The position numbers and the translations under genes are program-made. DNA of 61,622 nt, filler included. It is 10 parts of 10 records of this genome, joined end to end, with 100 filler letters (N's around TTAATTAATTAA, not from the genome) between each part and the next. Parts side by side here need not be neighbours in the genome. Positions count along the whole stretch, not along the records: positions 7,839 to 13,145 come from SRR31147125_99550; positions 13,246 to 19,641 come from SRR31147125_100832; positions 19,742 to 25,130 come from SRR31147125_100911; 7 more parts are not named here. The stretch is one strand, 5' to 3'. This document shows, one piece after another, positions 10,591 to 21,076 of the stretch. The stretch's first letter is position 1, and each line of letters starts with the position of its first letter. Below the pieces are notes generated by a model. It saw nothing but the letters and a program-made list of their open reading frames with translations. It searched no databases and was not told the origin of the DNA.

Positions 10591-11781
10591 ATGGGAGAAC
10601 AGGGAATACTCTCCATGGTAAATTTTTGTGCAACAATCCTATTGGCCCGCTTTCTTGAAGTGACAGAGTTTGGAGCTTATGCTCTGGCTTTCACACTTTT
10701 GACTTTGATACAAGGTTTTCAACGAGCACTAATTAGCATCCCAATGGTTGTGTTGTGCCCAACTTCAGAAAAATTATTAGCAAATCAGCGCCACTGGCAT
10801 AAAGCACAGGCTCTAGTTGTACTAATACCGACTTTTATTATTCTTTCCATGTTGCTTGTTGTAAGTGAGGCAAATTGGGTAGCAAACGTTTTGTTATCAC
10901 TCATGATTATATTGTTGCCTATGTTTTATTATGAGTTTTATCGGCGTTGGCTTATTCAAGAGGGCAAAATAATTATTCTTATACCAATGGCATGCGCTTA
11001 CGCTTTAATGTTTTCGCTAGTACTGTTAAGCATTGCAATTCATGGAGGAACAGCGATAAAAGGTGCTACAGGAATGGCCTTGGCCAGCGCTTCTGCAACT
11101 TTAATTGGCTTTTTTGCTTCAACGCGTGCCAACATAAGCCCACTGCAAAATTTTCTTGATTTCTGGCAAGAGTTATGGAGATTCAGTCGCTGGCAAGTAA
11201 TGAGCCATATCGCTTATGCTGGTTATAATAACTTGATTCCGATAATAGTTTCATATTTTGTAGGCCCTGCCGGAGTAGCAGTGATGAATGCGACTCGCAA
11301 TGTTGGACAGCCAGTTCAAACCTTTATCATGGCAATTGATAGTGTGGATAAACCCCGAGCCAGCGCTGCGCTTTCAAAAGGTGGGGTAGCAGCAATGCTG
11401 GCTTCATTGCGAAACACATCTCGTACCTTGATTTTTCCTGGTGCAATATATCTAATTTTAGTCTGGATTTTTGCGGAACCGGCTCTACATGTTCTTTTTG
11501 GCGGGAAATACGATCGTGCCGTTATAGAATTGTACTGTTGGTTACCTGTATTTTTGTTAATTCTCATCGCACAACCGATTGAATCTGCCCTATATGTTAT
11601 AAAACGGCCGGACATTCTTTTCCGAGGGCGTATTTGGGCGGCTTTTGCTGGCATTACAACATCGTTGCTGCTAATTCCAACCTTCGGAGTGCCTGGCGCA
11701 TTGTTGGCCCTAACCATAGGCTGGATAGTAAGCTCGACAATGGCTTGGCTTGGCCTAAAAAAGGTTACTCAGGCAGGATAA
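10591..11781 (+). CDS. polysaccharide flippase (Wzx/MOP-family lipopolysaccharide biosynthesis protein)
   Basis: LLARFLEVTEFGAY motif, about 12 TM segments, located between manC and a polymerase. True start may be ATG 10499 with a slip in the A9 run at 10534-10542. Confidence 0.8.
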   Translation: MGEQGILSMVNFCATILLARFLEVTEFGAYALAFTLLTLIQGFQRALISIPMVVLCPTSEKLLANQRHWHKAQALVVLIPTFIILSMLLVVSEANWVANVLLSLMIILLPMFYYEFYRRWLIQEGKIIILIPMACAYALMFSLVLLSIAIHGGTAIKGATGMALASASATLIGFFASTRANISPLQNFLDFWQELWRFSRWQVMSHIAYAGYNNLIPIIVSYFVGPAGVAVMNATRNVGQPVQTFIMAIDSVDKPRASAALSKGGVAAMLASLRNTSRTLIFPGAIYLILVWIFAEPALHVLFGGKYDRAVIELYCWLPVFLLILIAQPIESALYVIKRPDILFRGRIWAAFAGITTSLLLIPTFGVPGALLALTIGWIVSSTMAWLGLKKVTQAG

Positions 11782-11783
11782 TC

Positions 11784-13145
11784 ATGCTGACACATAAGCA
11801 AACAGGTATTAGTGCTTTGTTTTTTTTGGTAATGAGTCTTTTCGTTGTGATTGCAATGTGCTCGACAGCAATAGATACTCAATGGGTCGAAGACGTTCTG
11901 CCTACATTAGCAATCGGTGTTGGTGTTCCTATTAGTATCTTCATATTTTGGGTGATGATTTCCGTTATACAAGGAAAGGCATGGGCTCTCCAGTTTTATC
12001 TTGGCGTTTTGCTTTTCATGATTGATGCTCTGCTCCGTAGGCGTTCCCCTTTAGAAGTAGGTATTGACTGGTATTCAACATTGAAATTTTCCTTAGTTCT
12101 TGGGGCATTTTTCATGGGTATCGCACATTTGAAAAAAGCTCAACCCTTCTACTACGTCCCCCTATGGTCTGGATGTTACTATATGCATTATGGGCAATAT
12201 TTTCAGTAACCTACTCGATCATACCCATCTATACATTTGCGGCTAGTTTTATGTTTCTTTCATTTGTATTATTCTCCGTTGCTGTTAGTCAAATTTTATC
12301 CATGAAGCAACTACTCATGGCTATGATCATAAGCTGGTCGGTTTTTCTCATATTTTCCTGGGGAGCCTACTATTTTCAGCCTGAGTTGGGGCGGATTTCT
12401 TCTTGGTCAACGAATGGTAACATTGATCGCTTTGCTGGGATAGCAGGACAACCAAACATCATGGGGCGCCTCTTAGCGCTAATGATAATTGTACTGGCAA
12501 CTCTGCAAATCCATCGATTTATAAGGCCGCAGCTTTCAGTAGTTTTATTTCTGGCTATTATTTCGACCTTTCTAATGACCCAAAGTCGGACCGCTGCTGT
12601 CTGTGCAATTTTTCCCATGGGGATTATTTTCATACGGCGCCACCCAGTGTTAATTCTTTCGTCACTGACCATGAGCATTATTCTGATTGTTTTACTTGAG
12701 TCCATTTTAACTTCAATTGATACTACAGTGTTCAGCCGATCGGGTGATTTCAATGAGCTTTTGACTCTTTCCGGACGAACTGACATCTGGGCTTTTTGCT
12801 GGGAAAAAATTAAAAATGAGCCTTGGTTCGGTTATGGCTATGCCAGTAGTCGTTTGCTTATCTCGCAAGGGTGGTCAAGCAAATATGGATTTACTACCCA
12901 AAGCAGTCATAACATGTGGCTACAAAGCCTGCTATCGGTCGGACTCATTGGCACCCTGCCACTGATAATAGCCATTGTGAATCAAGTGGTAATGTTTTTC
13001 AAACAACCGAATCAACTACGTGATATGACTCTTTTATTTGTCCTGATCATCGGGGTGATGGAGGCTGGAGCTATCGGCTCAACTCCAAATTTGCTTACTT
13101 TTTTTGGTTAATCACTATTTCAAAGGCTATGACTTATGAAAAAAA
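11784..13145 (+). CDS. O-antigen ligase/polymerase (Wzy_C) family protein; frameshifts near 12160 and 13100; truncated
   Basis: GIAGQPN, TQSRTA, LSGRTDIW, PWFGYG and SHNMWLQ motifs across overlapping ORFs. Confidence 0.85.
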
Positions 13146-13245
13146 NNNNNNNNNNNNNNNNNNNNNNNNNNNNNNNNNNNNNNNNNNNNTTAATTAATTA
13201 ANNNNNNNNNNNNNNNNNNNNNNNNNNNNNNNNNNNNNNNNNNNN
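13146..13245. other. artificial contig-joining spacer
   Basis: N44-TTAATTAATTAA-N44. Confidence 0.98.
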
Positions 13246-13257
13246 CCGGTGAATATC

Positions 13258-13271
13258 TGTCCAGGTACTTA
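13258..13271 (+). repeat. repeat-element end at contig start
   Basis: TGTCCAGGTACTTA, identical to 32604-32617; both start 12 nt from their contig edge. Confidence 0.6.
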
Positions 13272-13320
13272 CATTGTATTAAGAATATGCCCATTAACTA
13301 ACGGAGAGGATGGTACACTC

Positions 13321-13716
13321 ATGAATCTGGATAAAGCATTGACAATGATTGACGCCGCAAGAAAAGAAGCGGAAAACATTGGAACCCCCATGGTCATTGC
13401 CGTCGTGGATGGCGGTGGAAACCTCATTGCCCAGGCTCGAATGGATGACGCCCTGTTGGTCAGCATCGACATCTCATTGAACAAAGCCTACACCGCCGTC
13501 GCCGTCAAAATGCCCACCCATGAACTGGGGGAAGCCGCTCAACCCGGTGCCCCATTGTTCGGCATCAATACCACTGACGGGAATCGCGTCATCATTTTCG
13601 GCGGCGGATTTCCCATCATGGAATCGGGAAAAATCATCGGAGGAATCGGCGTCAGCGGCGGCAGCGTCGAAGCGGATATGCAATGTGCAAAAGCGGGAAT
13701 GGAGGCGCTTGAATGA
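13321..13716 (+). CDS. GlcG/HbpS (DUF336, PduO C-terminal-like) heme-binding protein
   Basis: IAVVDGGG, RMDDA, NKAYTA, GGGFPI and GGIGVSGG; RBS GGAGAGG before ATG 13321. Confidence 0.92.
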   Translation: MNLDKALTMIDAARKEAENIGTPMVIAVVDGGGNLIAQARMDDALLVSIDISLNKAYTAVAVKMPTHELGEAAQPGAPLFGINTTDGNRVIIFGGGFPIMESGKIIGGIGVSGGSVEADMQCAKAGMEALE

Positions 13717-13814
13717 TGGTATGATGTCAACACTGAAACAATGAATACTGTAATATCATTTGACGTCATTGATGAGTTCCACTGAAAACTTTTTCGATCG
13801 TGAATGGATGACAT

Positions 13815-14111
13815 ATGAAAATCAGACTGATCAAAGCCCCCCGGAAAGGTTTCTTACGCCTTTTACTGGGCAACATGAAGCTTCAGGAACGCTCACCCGT
13901 TGAAGCGCAAAAATGGGGTGCCGTGGGGTTGGTTCAAGCCCCTCTGATCGATCTCTACCAAGCCGCGGATACGGCGGAAAAGGCCAGCCCGGTCTCGGTC
14001 GCACTCATTCAGGGAAGCTGCCCTCAACACACTCAGATGTTGGCGATTTTCGGTAAACAGGTTGACGTTCAGGCCGCGCTTTCAAAAATTCAAGACACCA
14101 CCCAAACGTGA
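13815..14111 (+). CDS. divergent BMC-domain shell protein
   Basis: RLIKAP...AVGLVQ...AADTAEKAS...GSCPQH...AIFG..DV.AAL pattern; sits between DUF336 and pduS/pduT. Confidence 0.7.
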   Translation: MKIRLIKAPRKGFLRLLLGNMKLQERSPVEAQKWGAVGLVQAPLIDLYQAADTAEKASPVSVALIQGSCPQHTQMLAIFGKQVDVQAALSKIQDTTQT

Positions 14112-14138
14112 TGGACAGAGACCAATGAAAGGGAACCC

Positions 14139-15515
14139 ATGATAACAGCGGAAGAGAGCAAAGAGCTTGGAATTGTCGGAGCAGGCGGGGCAGGATTTCC
14201 CACCTATGTGAAGTTGGGGGGGCAAGCGGAGATTTTCATTGTCAATGCTGCCGAATGCGAGCCGCTACTCCATAAGGATAAGGAGCTCTTGAGGCTCAAG
14301 AGCGAGATCTTTTTCAAAGGCCTTCTGACCTGCCTTGACCTGACGGCGGCCAATCGCTGCATCATCGGAATCAAAGAAAAATATACGGACTTGATCTCCC
14401 ATCTGAAAAGCCGCTGCCCGGATCCGGATCGCATCGAGATGATGGGGGTGGGGGATTTTTATCCCGTGGGGGATGAAATCACGCTCATCTATGAAACCAC
14501 CGGACGCATTGTTCCGCCGGGCGCTCTGCCCACCAGCCAAAATGTCATTGTGAACAATGTGGAGACCATCTACAATATCGGCCTTGGCACGCCATTGGTC
14601 ACGAAGTTCGTTACCATTGGCGGAAATGTGAAACATCCCATGTCTGTGGAGGTGCCCATTGGTATATCCTATCGGGAAGTGATTGCCTTGGCTGAGCCTG
14701 ATCTCCAAGGTTCCCATCTTTCCGGTTCGGATATGGATATGGGAAAGAGTATTGAAGTGATCGTGGGCGGCCCCATGATGGGGAGATTGGCCGGGAACCT
14801 GGACGATCCGGTGACCAAAACAACCGGCGGCCTTCTGGTATTCCAAAAAGATCACCCGCTGATCAGACGATTTAAAACGGCAGATGAGGAAAAGCAGGTC
14901 AACCGTATCGGCAAGGCGGCTTGTGACCAATGCGCCATGTGTAGTGAGCTCTGCCCCAGACATCTGTTGGGGCATCCAATTGAACCGCATAAAGCCATGC
15001 GCAATCTTGTGTTCACCGCCGTTGATCAAGCGTCTGAATGTTCCTCTCAAAATCGATCGGTTGAACCTCACACCATGGCTTGCTGCGAATGCAACCTCTG
15101 TACACTGGTCTCATGCCCTGAAGGGCTCTACCCGGCCCAACGCTGCATTTCCGGTAAACGACGGGCCGTGGCTGCCAAAGCAAAATTTACCGGGAATATT
15201 CCCGATAAGGCCCATCCGCTGATCGATTATCGACGAACACCGGTGAAAAAAATCATGGCGCGTCTGGATCTCAACCGATTTCAAAACAAAGGGGCGTTGG
15301 CGCCGGTTTCCCTGAATCCGACACAACTGACCATTCGGTTAAGCCAGCATATCGGTGCTCCGGCGGCACCGATGGTTTCCGTGGGTGACCATGTGACTGC
15401 ATGCCAAAAGATCGCTACGGTGGGCGACAAGTTGGGAGCGGAGATCCATTCTCCCGTAAATGGCCGCGTGACGATGATTACCGAGAAAGATATTGTGATC
15501 GAACCCATCATTTAA
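14139..15515 (+). CDS. pduS: PduS-like flavin/4Fe-4S oxidoreductase (RnfC-like)
   Basis: GIVGAGGAGFPT, NAAECEPLL, GGPMMG, CDQCAMCSELCP, CCECNLCTLVSCP and QHIGAPA. Confidence 0.88.
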   Translation: MITAEESKELGIVGAGGAGFPTYVKLGGQAEIFIVNAAECEPLLHKDKELLRLKSEIFFKGLLTCLDLTAANRCIIGIKEKYTDLISHLKSRCPDPDRIEMMGVGDFYPVGDEITLIYETTGRIVPPGALPTSQNVIVNNVETIYNIGLGTPLVTKFVTIGGNVKHPMSVEVPIGISYREVIALAEPDLQGSHLSGSDMDMGKSIEVIVGGPMMGRLAGNLDDPVTKTTGGLLVFQKDHPLIRRFKTADEEKQVNRIGKAACDQCAMCSELCPRHLLGHPIEPHKAMRNLVFTAVDQASECSSQNRSVEPHTMACCECNLCTLVSCPEGLYPAQRCISGKRRAVAAKAKFTGNIPDKAHPLIDYRRTPVKKIMARLDLNRFQNKGALAPVSLNPTQLTIRLSQHIGAPAAPMVSVGDHVTACQKIATVGDKLGAEIHSPVNGRVTMITEKDIVIEPII

Positions 15516-15584
15516 ATCTTAAGAAATTGAGTCGTTGGGAAGCAATAACAAGAAGAGACAACGCCGGAAGCGAGGATAATCATT

Positions 15585-16139
15585 ATGTCACAAGCCATTG
15601 GAATATTGGAACTCTCCAGCATCGCAGCAGGATATCAGGTTGAGGACGGTATGCTCAAGGCGGCGGAAGTGGAACTTCTGGTCGCAAGAACCATCTGTCC
15701 GGGGAAATATATCATCGTTGTCGGCGGAAAAGTGGCAGCCGTCAAAGCCTCCATGAGCACCGGAGAGAGGCTTTCTGAAGGATTTCTGGTGGACCGGCTT
15801 CTACTCTCCAGTGTCGATCCGCGGGTCTTTCCGGCACTCACCGGATGTGTAGAGCTGCCGGACACGAATCGGAAAGCGTTGGGTATCATTGAAACGTTTT
15901 CGTCATCGAGCATTGTCCAGGCAGCGGATGCAACCGTGAAAGCGGCCAATGTCACGCTATTCAGGGTGCACATCGCCATGGCGGTTGGCGGAAAAGGTTT
16001 TTTGCTGCTATGCGGGGATGTGGGGGCGGTAAAAGCGGCTGTTGCTTCGGCAGTCGACAAAATTAAATTGGAGGGGGTTCTGGTCAATCAGGTGGTGATA
16101 TCAAATGCTTCCGAAGCGCTTTTCAGAGAGTATATTTAA
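15585..16139 (+). CDS. pduT: tandem BMC shell protein, PduT type
   Basis: AIGILELSSIAAG, TICPGKY with the Fe-S-ligating Cys, second domain ALGIIETFS...AVGGKG. Confidence 0.92.
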   Translation: MSQAIGILELSSIAAGYQVEDGMLKAAEVELLVARTICPGKYIIVVGGKVAAVKASMSTGERLSEGFLVDRLLLSSVDPRVFPALTGCVELPDTNRKALGIIETFSSSSIVQAADATVKAANVTLFRVHIAMAVGGKGFLLLCGDVGAVKAAVASAVDKIKLEGVLVNQVVISNASEALFREYI

Positions 16140-16145
16140 GAAAAA

Positions 16146-17234
16146 CTAATCCGGATCATATTCATATTTCTGGTCATTCCGATTGATGTTTCTGGCCAGC
16201 CACTTTCGACGCTGCGCATTGAATTTTTGCATCAAGATGGGAAGCTGTTTCAAGATATGCATCTCCGGATCAGGTTCCCAGTCCAGCGTCTTACAGGTAT
16301 ACGTCGTGTCCACCACGAGGGGTTTGTCCACGTAATCGAGCATCCAGGCACGCTCGTAGGTTTTCCTTCGTACCAGGGTATTGAACAGATACTTCCCGTG
16401 TAGAGCCCATTTTGCGAAAAACAGTGGCGTGAAGATGGGCTCTTCCGAAAACCCTTTGCCGCACGCTCTTCGAATGATGGGAAAGAGCTCTTTTTGACGG
16501 GTACAGCCCGAGAAGGAGGCGAACAACGTGTCAAATCGCTTCAGCTTTTCGTCTTTTTCCACAATCTTCCTCACCATCCGAACCACCTCCCTGCGGTGAA
16601 TATAAGGAAAACCGGAGAGCCCCCGACCGGGAATCATGCGTCCGAATAGCGGGAGAGACCACATTTTCATCACACTGAAAAGCGGCGGCAACTCACACCA
16701 ATCCGTAAAGACCCCTCCCAGCCGTAATATCACCACCGGCACGTCATCCGAGCTTTCAAACAGCAGTCTCTCCCCAAGGGCTTTGCTTTTGGGATACGCC
16801 ACCTCCCCCCATGCCGGAGACTGCTCAGTCAAATTTTCTCCCCAAGGGCGCGGTTCAAGGGCGGCAATGCTTCCGGCAAAGAGAATGCGCTTTGCACCGG
16901 CTTCTTTGGCCGCCGCAATGATATTCCGGGTACCGATGACATTGGTGTCGGAGTACTCATCTTCCCAGTGTTTTCCAAATCCGGTGTAGGCTGCAAAATG
17001 GATCACGTAGTCGATGGGACGTCCTCTTTCTTTACTGCGCCGGAAAATGCAGTCCATGCAGACCGCATCCGCCACATCACCCTTTTCCCACCGCACCGAT
17101 GGTGCATCTTTTCTCAATTGTTCGGATGGTGTACGCCGATAAAGCCCGATGACTTCATGGTCGCGGGATAGATCCACGCAAAGCACGGATCCGAGATAGC
17201 CTGATGCGCCTGTAATGAGAATGGTATATCCCAT
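16146..17234 (-). CDS. NAD-dependent epimerase/dehydratase (extended SDR)
   Basis: ILITGASGYLG, HFAA, NVIGT and YPKSK; probable start at M72 of the listed ORF (ATG 17234). Confidence 0.88.
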   Translation of the reverse strand: MGYTILITGASGYLGSVLCVDLSRDHEVIGLYRRTPSEQLRKDAPSVRWEKGDVADAVCMDCIFRRSKERGRPIDYVIHFAAYTGFGKHWEDEYSDTNVIGTRNIIAAAKEAGAKRILFAGSIAALEPRPWGENLTEQSPAWGEVAYPKSKALGERLLFESSDDVPVVILRLGGVFTDWCELPPLFSVMKMWSLPLFGRMIPGRGLSGFPYIHRREVVRMVRKIVEKDEKLKRFDTLFASFSGCTRQKELFPIIRRACGKGFSEEPIFTPLFFAKWALHGKYLFNTLVRRKTYERAWMLDYVDKPLVVDTTYTCKTLDWEPDPEMHILKQLPILMQKFNAQRRKWLARNINRNDQKYEYDPD

Positions 17235-17235
17235 G

Positions 17236-19375
17236 TTACACCTCCGCCTCCCCCTTAATTGTGCAAATGGCATGATTCCACACCACATCATGGGCAAAGT
17301 CCGGAAAGAGCCGTTTGAATGCGCTCCAAAAGAGCTTGCCCGGTAAAGACGTCCCTTTTTGAAAATCAAATGCCGTATAAATGACCAGTCGATTGTTCCC
17401 ATCCTTTGTCGGCGTAATGTCGAAAAGCAGTCGTCCCCGTTTGGCAAACAACTCTGAGGGCTGGTACAACAGCGATTTTCCCTGAATAGCCCGAATCAAT
17501 CGAATATCCATGGCAATGGGAGTGCCCCGCAAGCGATATTGTACCACCGCCCCTTCCCTCCCTGGCTCTCCGGCAACTCGGCAGACATCGATGAATCGAA
17601 GCCCAAGGAACTTCCCCTCCGGCTCTCCGAATTTACACAATTCCTGAAAAATTCTCTCAGCTGAGGCCCTGATCTTGATGGCGTACATCCGCTCCATCTC
17701 CGGCGCATCATCGAGAGTGATTCCGAGGGGGCGGATATGGAGTGTTTGAAGTACGCTCGTTTCTCTTTAATGATCACCGTGGGATATCGTCCCCGGTCTT
17801 CCCAGTTGAGTCCAAAAAAGAGTTCGGTGAGGATGTTGCGGGCGGTCTTCCAGATTCCCGTTAAAATAGAGAAAATCACCGGCGGGCGTCCCATGGCTTT
17901 ACAAACATCGGCATAATCCGAGTCGCCGCTTCCCACTTTCCAGAGTACCGCTCCCAAAGACCATCGATTCATCTCCTTGAACTTCATCTCCGTGGCAAAG
18001 GATTGATAGAGAATTCGATTCATCAGGGGACTTTTCATCGCTTTTTGTATCATTTCAACCAGGAATTTTCCGTAGTGATTGTCCCTCTCCAGCCACTCTG
18101 TGATCGGACCGTATCCTTGTAAAATGCTCTCTCGATCGATTCCTTTGTGAATGACCGTTTGGGCAAGTGTCCCGGCGCCGACAAAAGCGGAGTAGAGACC
18201 ATCTCTGTAAAGCCTTGCTCCCAGGGCATCTCCAAGCAAAGCGATGCGATCCGAGAACGGTTCTTTGGCAGGGGAGATGGCCATTTTAGGGGTGCACACA
18301 CAGCGGATAAGGGGCGAGGTGTCGGGAGTTCCAGAAATTTCAGGGTTTTCTGAAACGTCAACAGTTTCGGAGATTTTAGAGGGGGAAACCCTGTGCGCCT
18401 GAGTCATTCCGGGTAAAATGTGTTGAACATGAGGAAGCGAAAGAAAACAGCGGATCAATTCATCCCGTTCCCTGGAAGAGAAGGGGCGGTCTACACTTTT
18501 ACCGGTCAATGCCACAGTGAGATACTCCCCTTTGGGGATTAGAGCGGCATGTGCCAGATCGAGCACGTCATCACCTGAAAAGAGAATGTAAAGTTCCCGA
18601 TCCATATGTTTTTTTATATACGGCTTTCCCGGTTTCAATTCGAAAATCAGTGAGCGTTGCGCTTCTGGTGGAGAAAACCGGGGATTGATCTGTTGGTAGG
18701 ACGTCAAAAAGGGTTGCGCCCCCCTCCTTTCGACCGGGCATTGATTCCTGTGCAAATGGCGACGAAATCGGATTCAATGGTAAACGGTTCCCCCGAAGGA
18801 GGCTGTATCAAAAGAAGAGGCAATGCAGCATGGCCATTGCCGTCAACTTCTTGCTTGATTTCCAGCGCTTCCCCTTCCATGATGGTCGCCCCTTCTTCCA
18901 TCGCTTTTTTCAAGAGGAATGCATCCAATCCACGCCCGCGCGATAAGTCTTCCACTGTTTTTTTTCGTCCGGGAGGGAGACTGCCTCGAAATACGGAAAT
19001 GAGCCGATGCGCTTCCGGGACCTTCAAGGGAAAGTTTTTCCAGAGGCCATGGATCCAAATGTGGGTAAATGATTCGGCCACGACGTCATTGGGGAGATGG
19101 AGATCGTTTTTCGTCAACGCTTGATGGAGTCTGGGGGAGATGACACCGGCGCAGTAGTTGCAACCTTTGGAAGCCAAAATGGAATCATCCATGGGCAACA
19201 TCACATTTTGCTCGACGATGGTTACATTGAGTCGGCGGTGTGTTTGTTTTGCTTCTCTAAGTAAATGGATGGCAAAGAAAGCGCCCGCCGGGCCGCCGCC
19301 CAGGACGATCACCTTCGCATCATTTTTCAATGGCAATTTATGTTGGGATGATTGTTCCAAATCGTAGGTCTCCAA
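17236..19375 (-). CDS. FAD-dependent oxidoreductase (geranylgeranyl-reductase-like) with C-terminal SRPBCC-like domain; two frameshifts (near 18720 and 17727)
   Basis: VLGGGPAG, KGCNYCAGVISP, LDAFL and LLGDALGARLYRDG in three overlapping ORFs that join at G/C homopolymer runs. Confidence 0.75.
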
Positions 19376-19641
19376 TCCCTTTCAATTGTGGTTAGGACAC
19401 TACCGATCATCTCCGCCAGCATATTGTATCACCAGCTTCGAAAGCTGGAAGTATTTAGACACTCTCCCGAAGTGACCCGATACCAAACGAATCCTAGCAG
19501 TGAAGTGCGACATGAGAATTCCGTTGACCTTTACCCGTGAGGATTGTATCTCATTGCCGATAGCATCAAGAATGCGGCGCAGGAAGTGCGGCAGAGATGA
19601 TGGGACTGACGTTTTATATGAAAAACCTCTCATTCATCGGT

Positions 19642-19741
19642 NNNNNNNNNNNNNNNNNNNNNNNNNNNNNNNNNNNNNNNNNNNNTTAATTAATTAANNN
19701 NNNNNNNNNNNNNNNNNNNNNNNNNNNNNNNNNNNNNNNNN
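19642..19741. other. artificial contig-joining spacer
   Basis: N44-TTAATTAATTAA-N44. Confidence 0.98.
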
Positions 19742-19743
19742 AA

Positions 19744-20967
19744 AAGAAAAAGAAGGCATCAGCTTTCTTTGTTGCCTTTGCCTCCTTTCTAGCTGAGTAC
19801 CGGTTTGCCCTTGATTTTATCGAAAGGGTTGAAAGAAACCCGGCCATGCATGTGATGCTGAACGAAGCAGTGCCGGAAGTAGGGCTGGAACAAGGGACCT
19901 ATGCCCTGTTTAAGTTTCGCTTTCTTAATATTTTGCGAGGGGCAGAATTCGCACGCCTTAACGTCGTATATAAAAACTATGCGGATGCGGACCAGCTCCT
20001 TAGAAGTATGATTGACGAGGATAACCAGGCCATTTGGCAGGCAGGGAAAGGAAAAGGCCCCACCATGACGGCCGTCAATGCCGTCCGAGTTGTCAAGGAT
20101 CTGGGTTTTACCGCCTGGTTCCCTGTTCAGAAAGAGGTCTCGAAATTGATGGGCAACATCAAGGTGTGGCGCCCTGAAAAGACCCTTATCTCGCCTGAAC
20201 AAATCGAGGAATTACAGAAAAGACTGCAGCCGGGAGACATCCTTCTTGAACGCCGCGAGTGGTATGCCTCCAATGTCGGCATCCCCGGATTTTGGGCTCA
20301 TGCAGCTTTGTATATTGGCGATCCTGAAGAACGGGCCCTTTTCTTTTCGGACCCTTCCCTAGCCGACTGGCTTCGCTCCCAGGGGAGTGAAGATGGATCT
20401 ATGGAGAGTTTGCTCCGGAAAGGCTCTTCCGATAAATACAAATTAAGTACAACCATCCAGGAAGACCATCATCTGCCCCGAGTTCTGGAAGCCATAGAAG
20501 AAGGGGTGTCTTTCACTTCCCTGGAACATTCTGCTGCTGCGGACTCCTTGGCTGTGCTGCGTCCCAAATTATCCAAAAAAGCCAAAGCTCAGGCCATTAT
20601 CAGGGCTTTTCATTACAGCGGCAGGCCTTATGATTTTAATTTTGACTTTCAGACGGACTCTGAACTGGTCTGTTCGGAATTAATTTATAAGGCCTATGAA
20701 AAAACCGACAGCCTTGATGGGCTCATATTAGCCACCAAAGAAGTCCTGGGCAGAAAAATCACATCACCCAATGATATTGCTCAACTGTTTGACCAGGAAT
20801 ACGGGAAAGAAAAGCAGCAATTTAAGTTTATTGCTTTCCTGGACGGAGATGAAGGAGACCAAAAGGCTGTCGAAAAGGATGTGGAAACCTTCCGCGTAAG
20901 CTGGAAACGGCCGAAATGGCATATTATAACCCAGGAATTGAAGGACATCTCGCTGAAACATAAATGA
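19744..20967 (+). CDS. YiiX/YebB-like permuted papain-like (N1pC/P60) cysteine hydrolase, 5' partial
   Basis: LQPGDILL, FWAHAALY (His), GRPYDFNF and LVCSEL (Cys) in permuted order; frame is open to the contig edge. Confidence 0.85.
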   Translation, partial: KKKKASAFFVAFASFLAEYRFALDFIERVERNPAMHVMLNEAVPEVGLEQGTYALFKFRFLNILRGAEFARLNVVYKNYADADQLLRSMIDEDNQAIWQAGKGKGPTMTAVNAVRVVKDLGFTAWFPVQKEVSKLMGNIKVWRPEKTLISPEQIEELQKRLQPGDILLERREWYASNVGIPGFWAHAALYIGDPEERALFFSDPSLADWLRSQGSEDGSMESLLRKGSSDKYKLSTTIQEDHHLPRVLEAIEEGVSFTSLEHSAAADSLAVLRPKLSKKAKAQAIIRAFHYSGRPYDFNFDFQTDSELVCSELIYKAYEKTDSLDGLILATKEVLGRKITSPNDIAQLFDQEYGKEKQQFKFIAFLDGDEGDQKAVEKDVETFRVSWKRPKWHIITQELKDISLKHK

Positions 20968-20985
20968 GGGAACTGTTCATCGTAA

Positions 20986-21042
20986 TGGGGTCGTGCCGTC
21001 CATGAGGCTTATGCGGTCCTTGGAATGGGCGGGACGACCCCA
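20986..21042. repeat. intergenic inverted repeat (REP-like hairpin)
   Basis: TGGGGTCGTGCCGTCCAT ... ATGGGCGGGACGACCCCA, 16/18 Watson-Crick matches. Confidence 0.55.
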
Positions 21043-21076
21043 CCCGCAAATGAGCTGAACAGTTCAAACAGGAATT

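Noticed and set aside
19400-19633. Short ORFs at the end of contig 3
   Set aside because: No motif, RBS or family resemblance to support a call.
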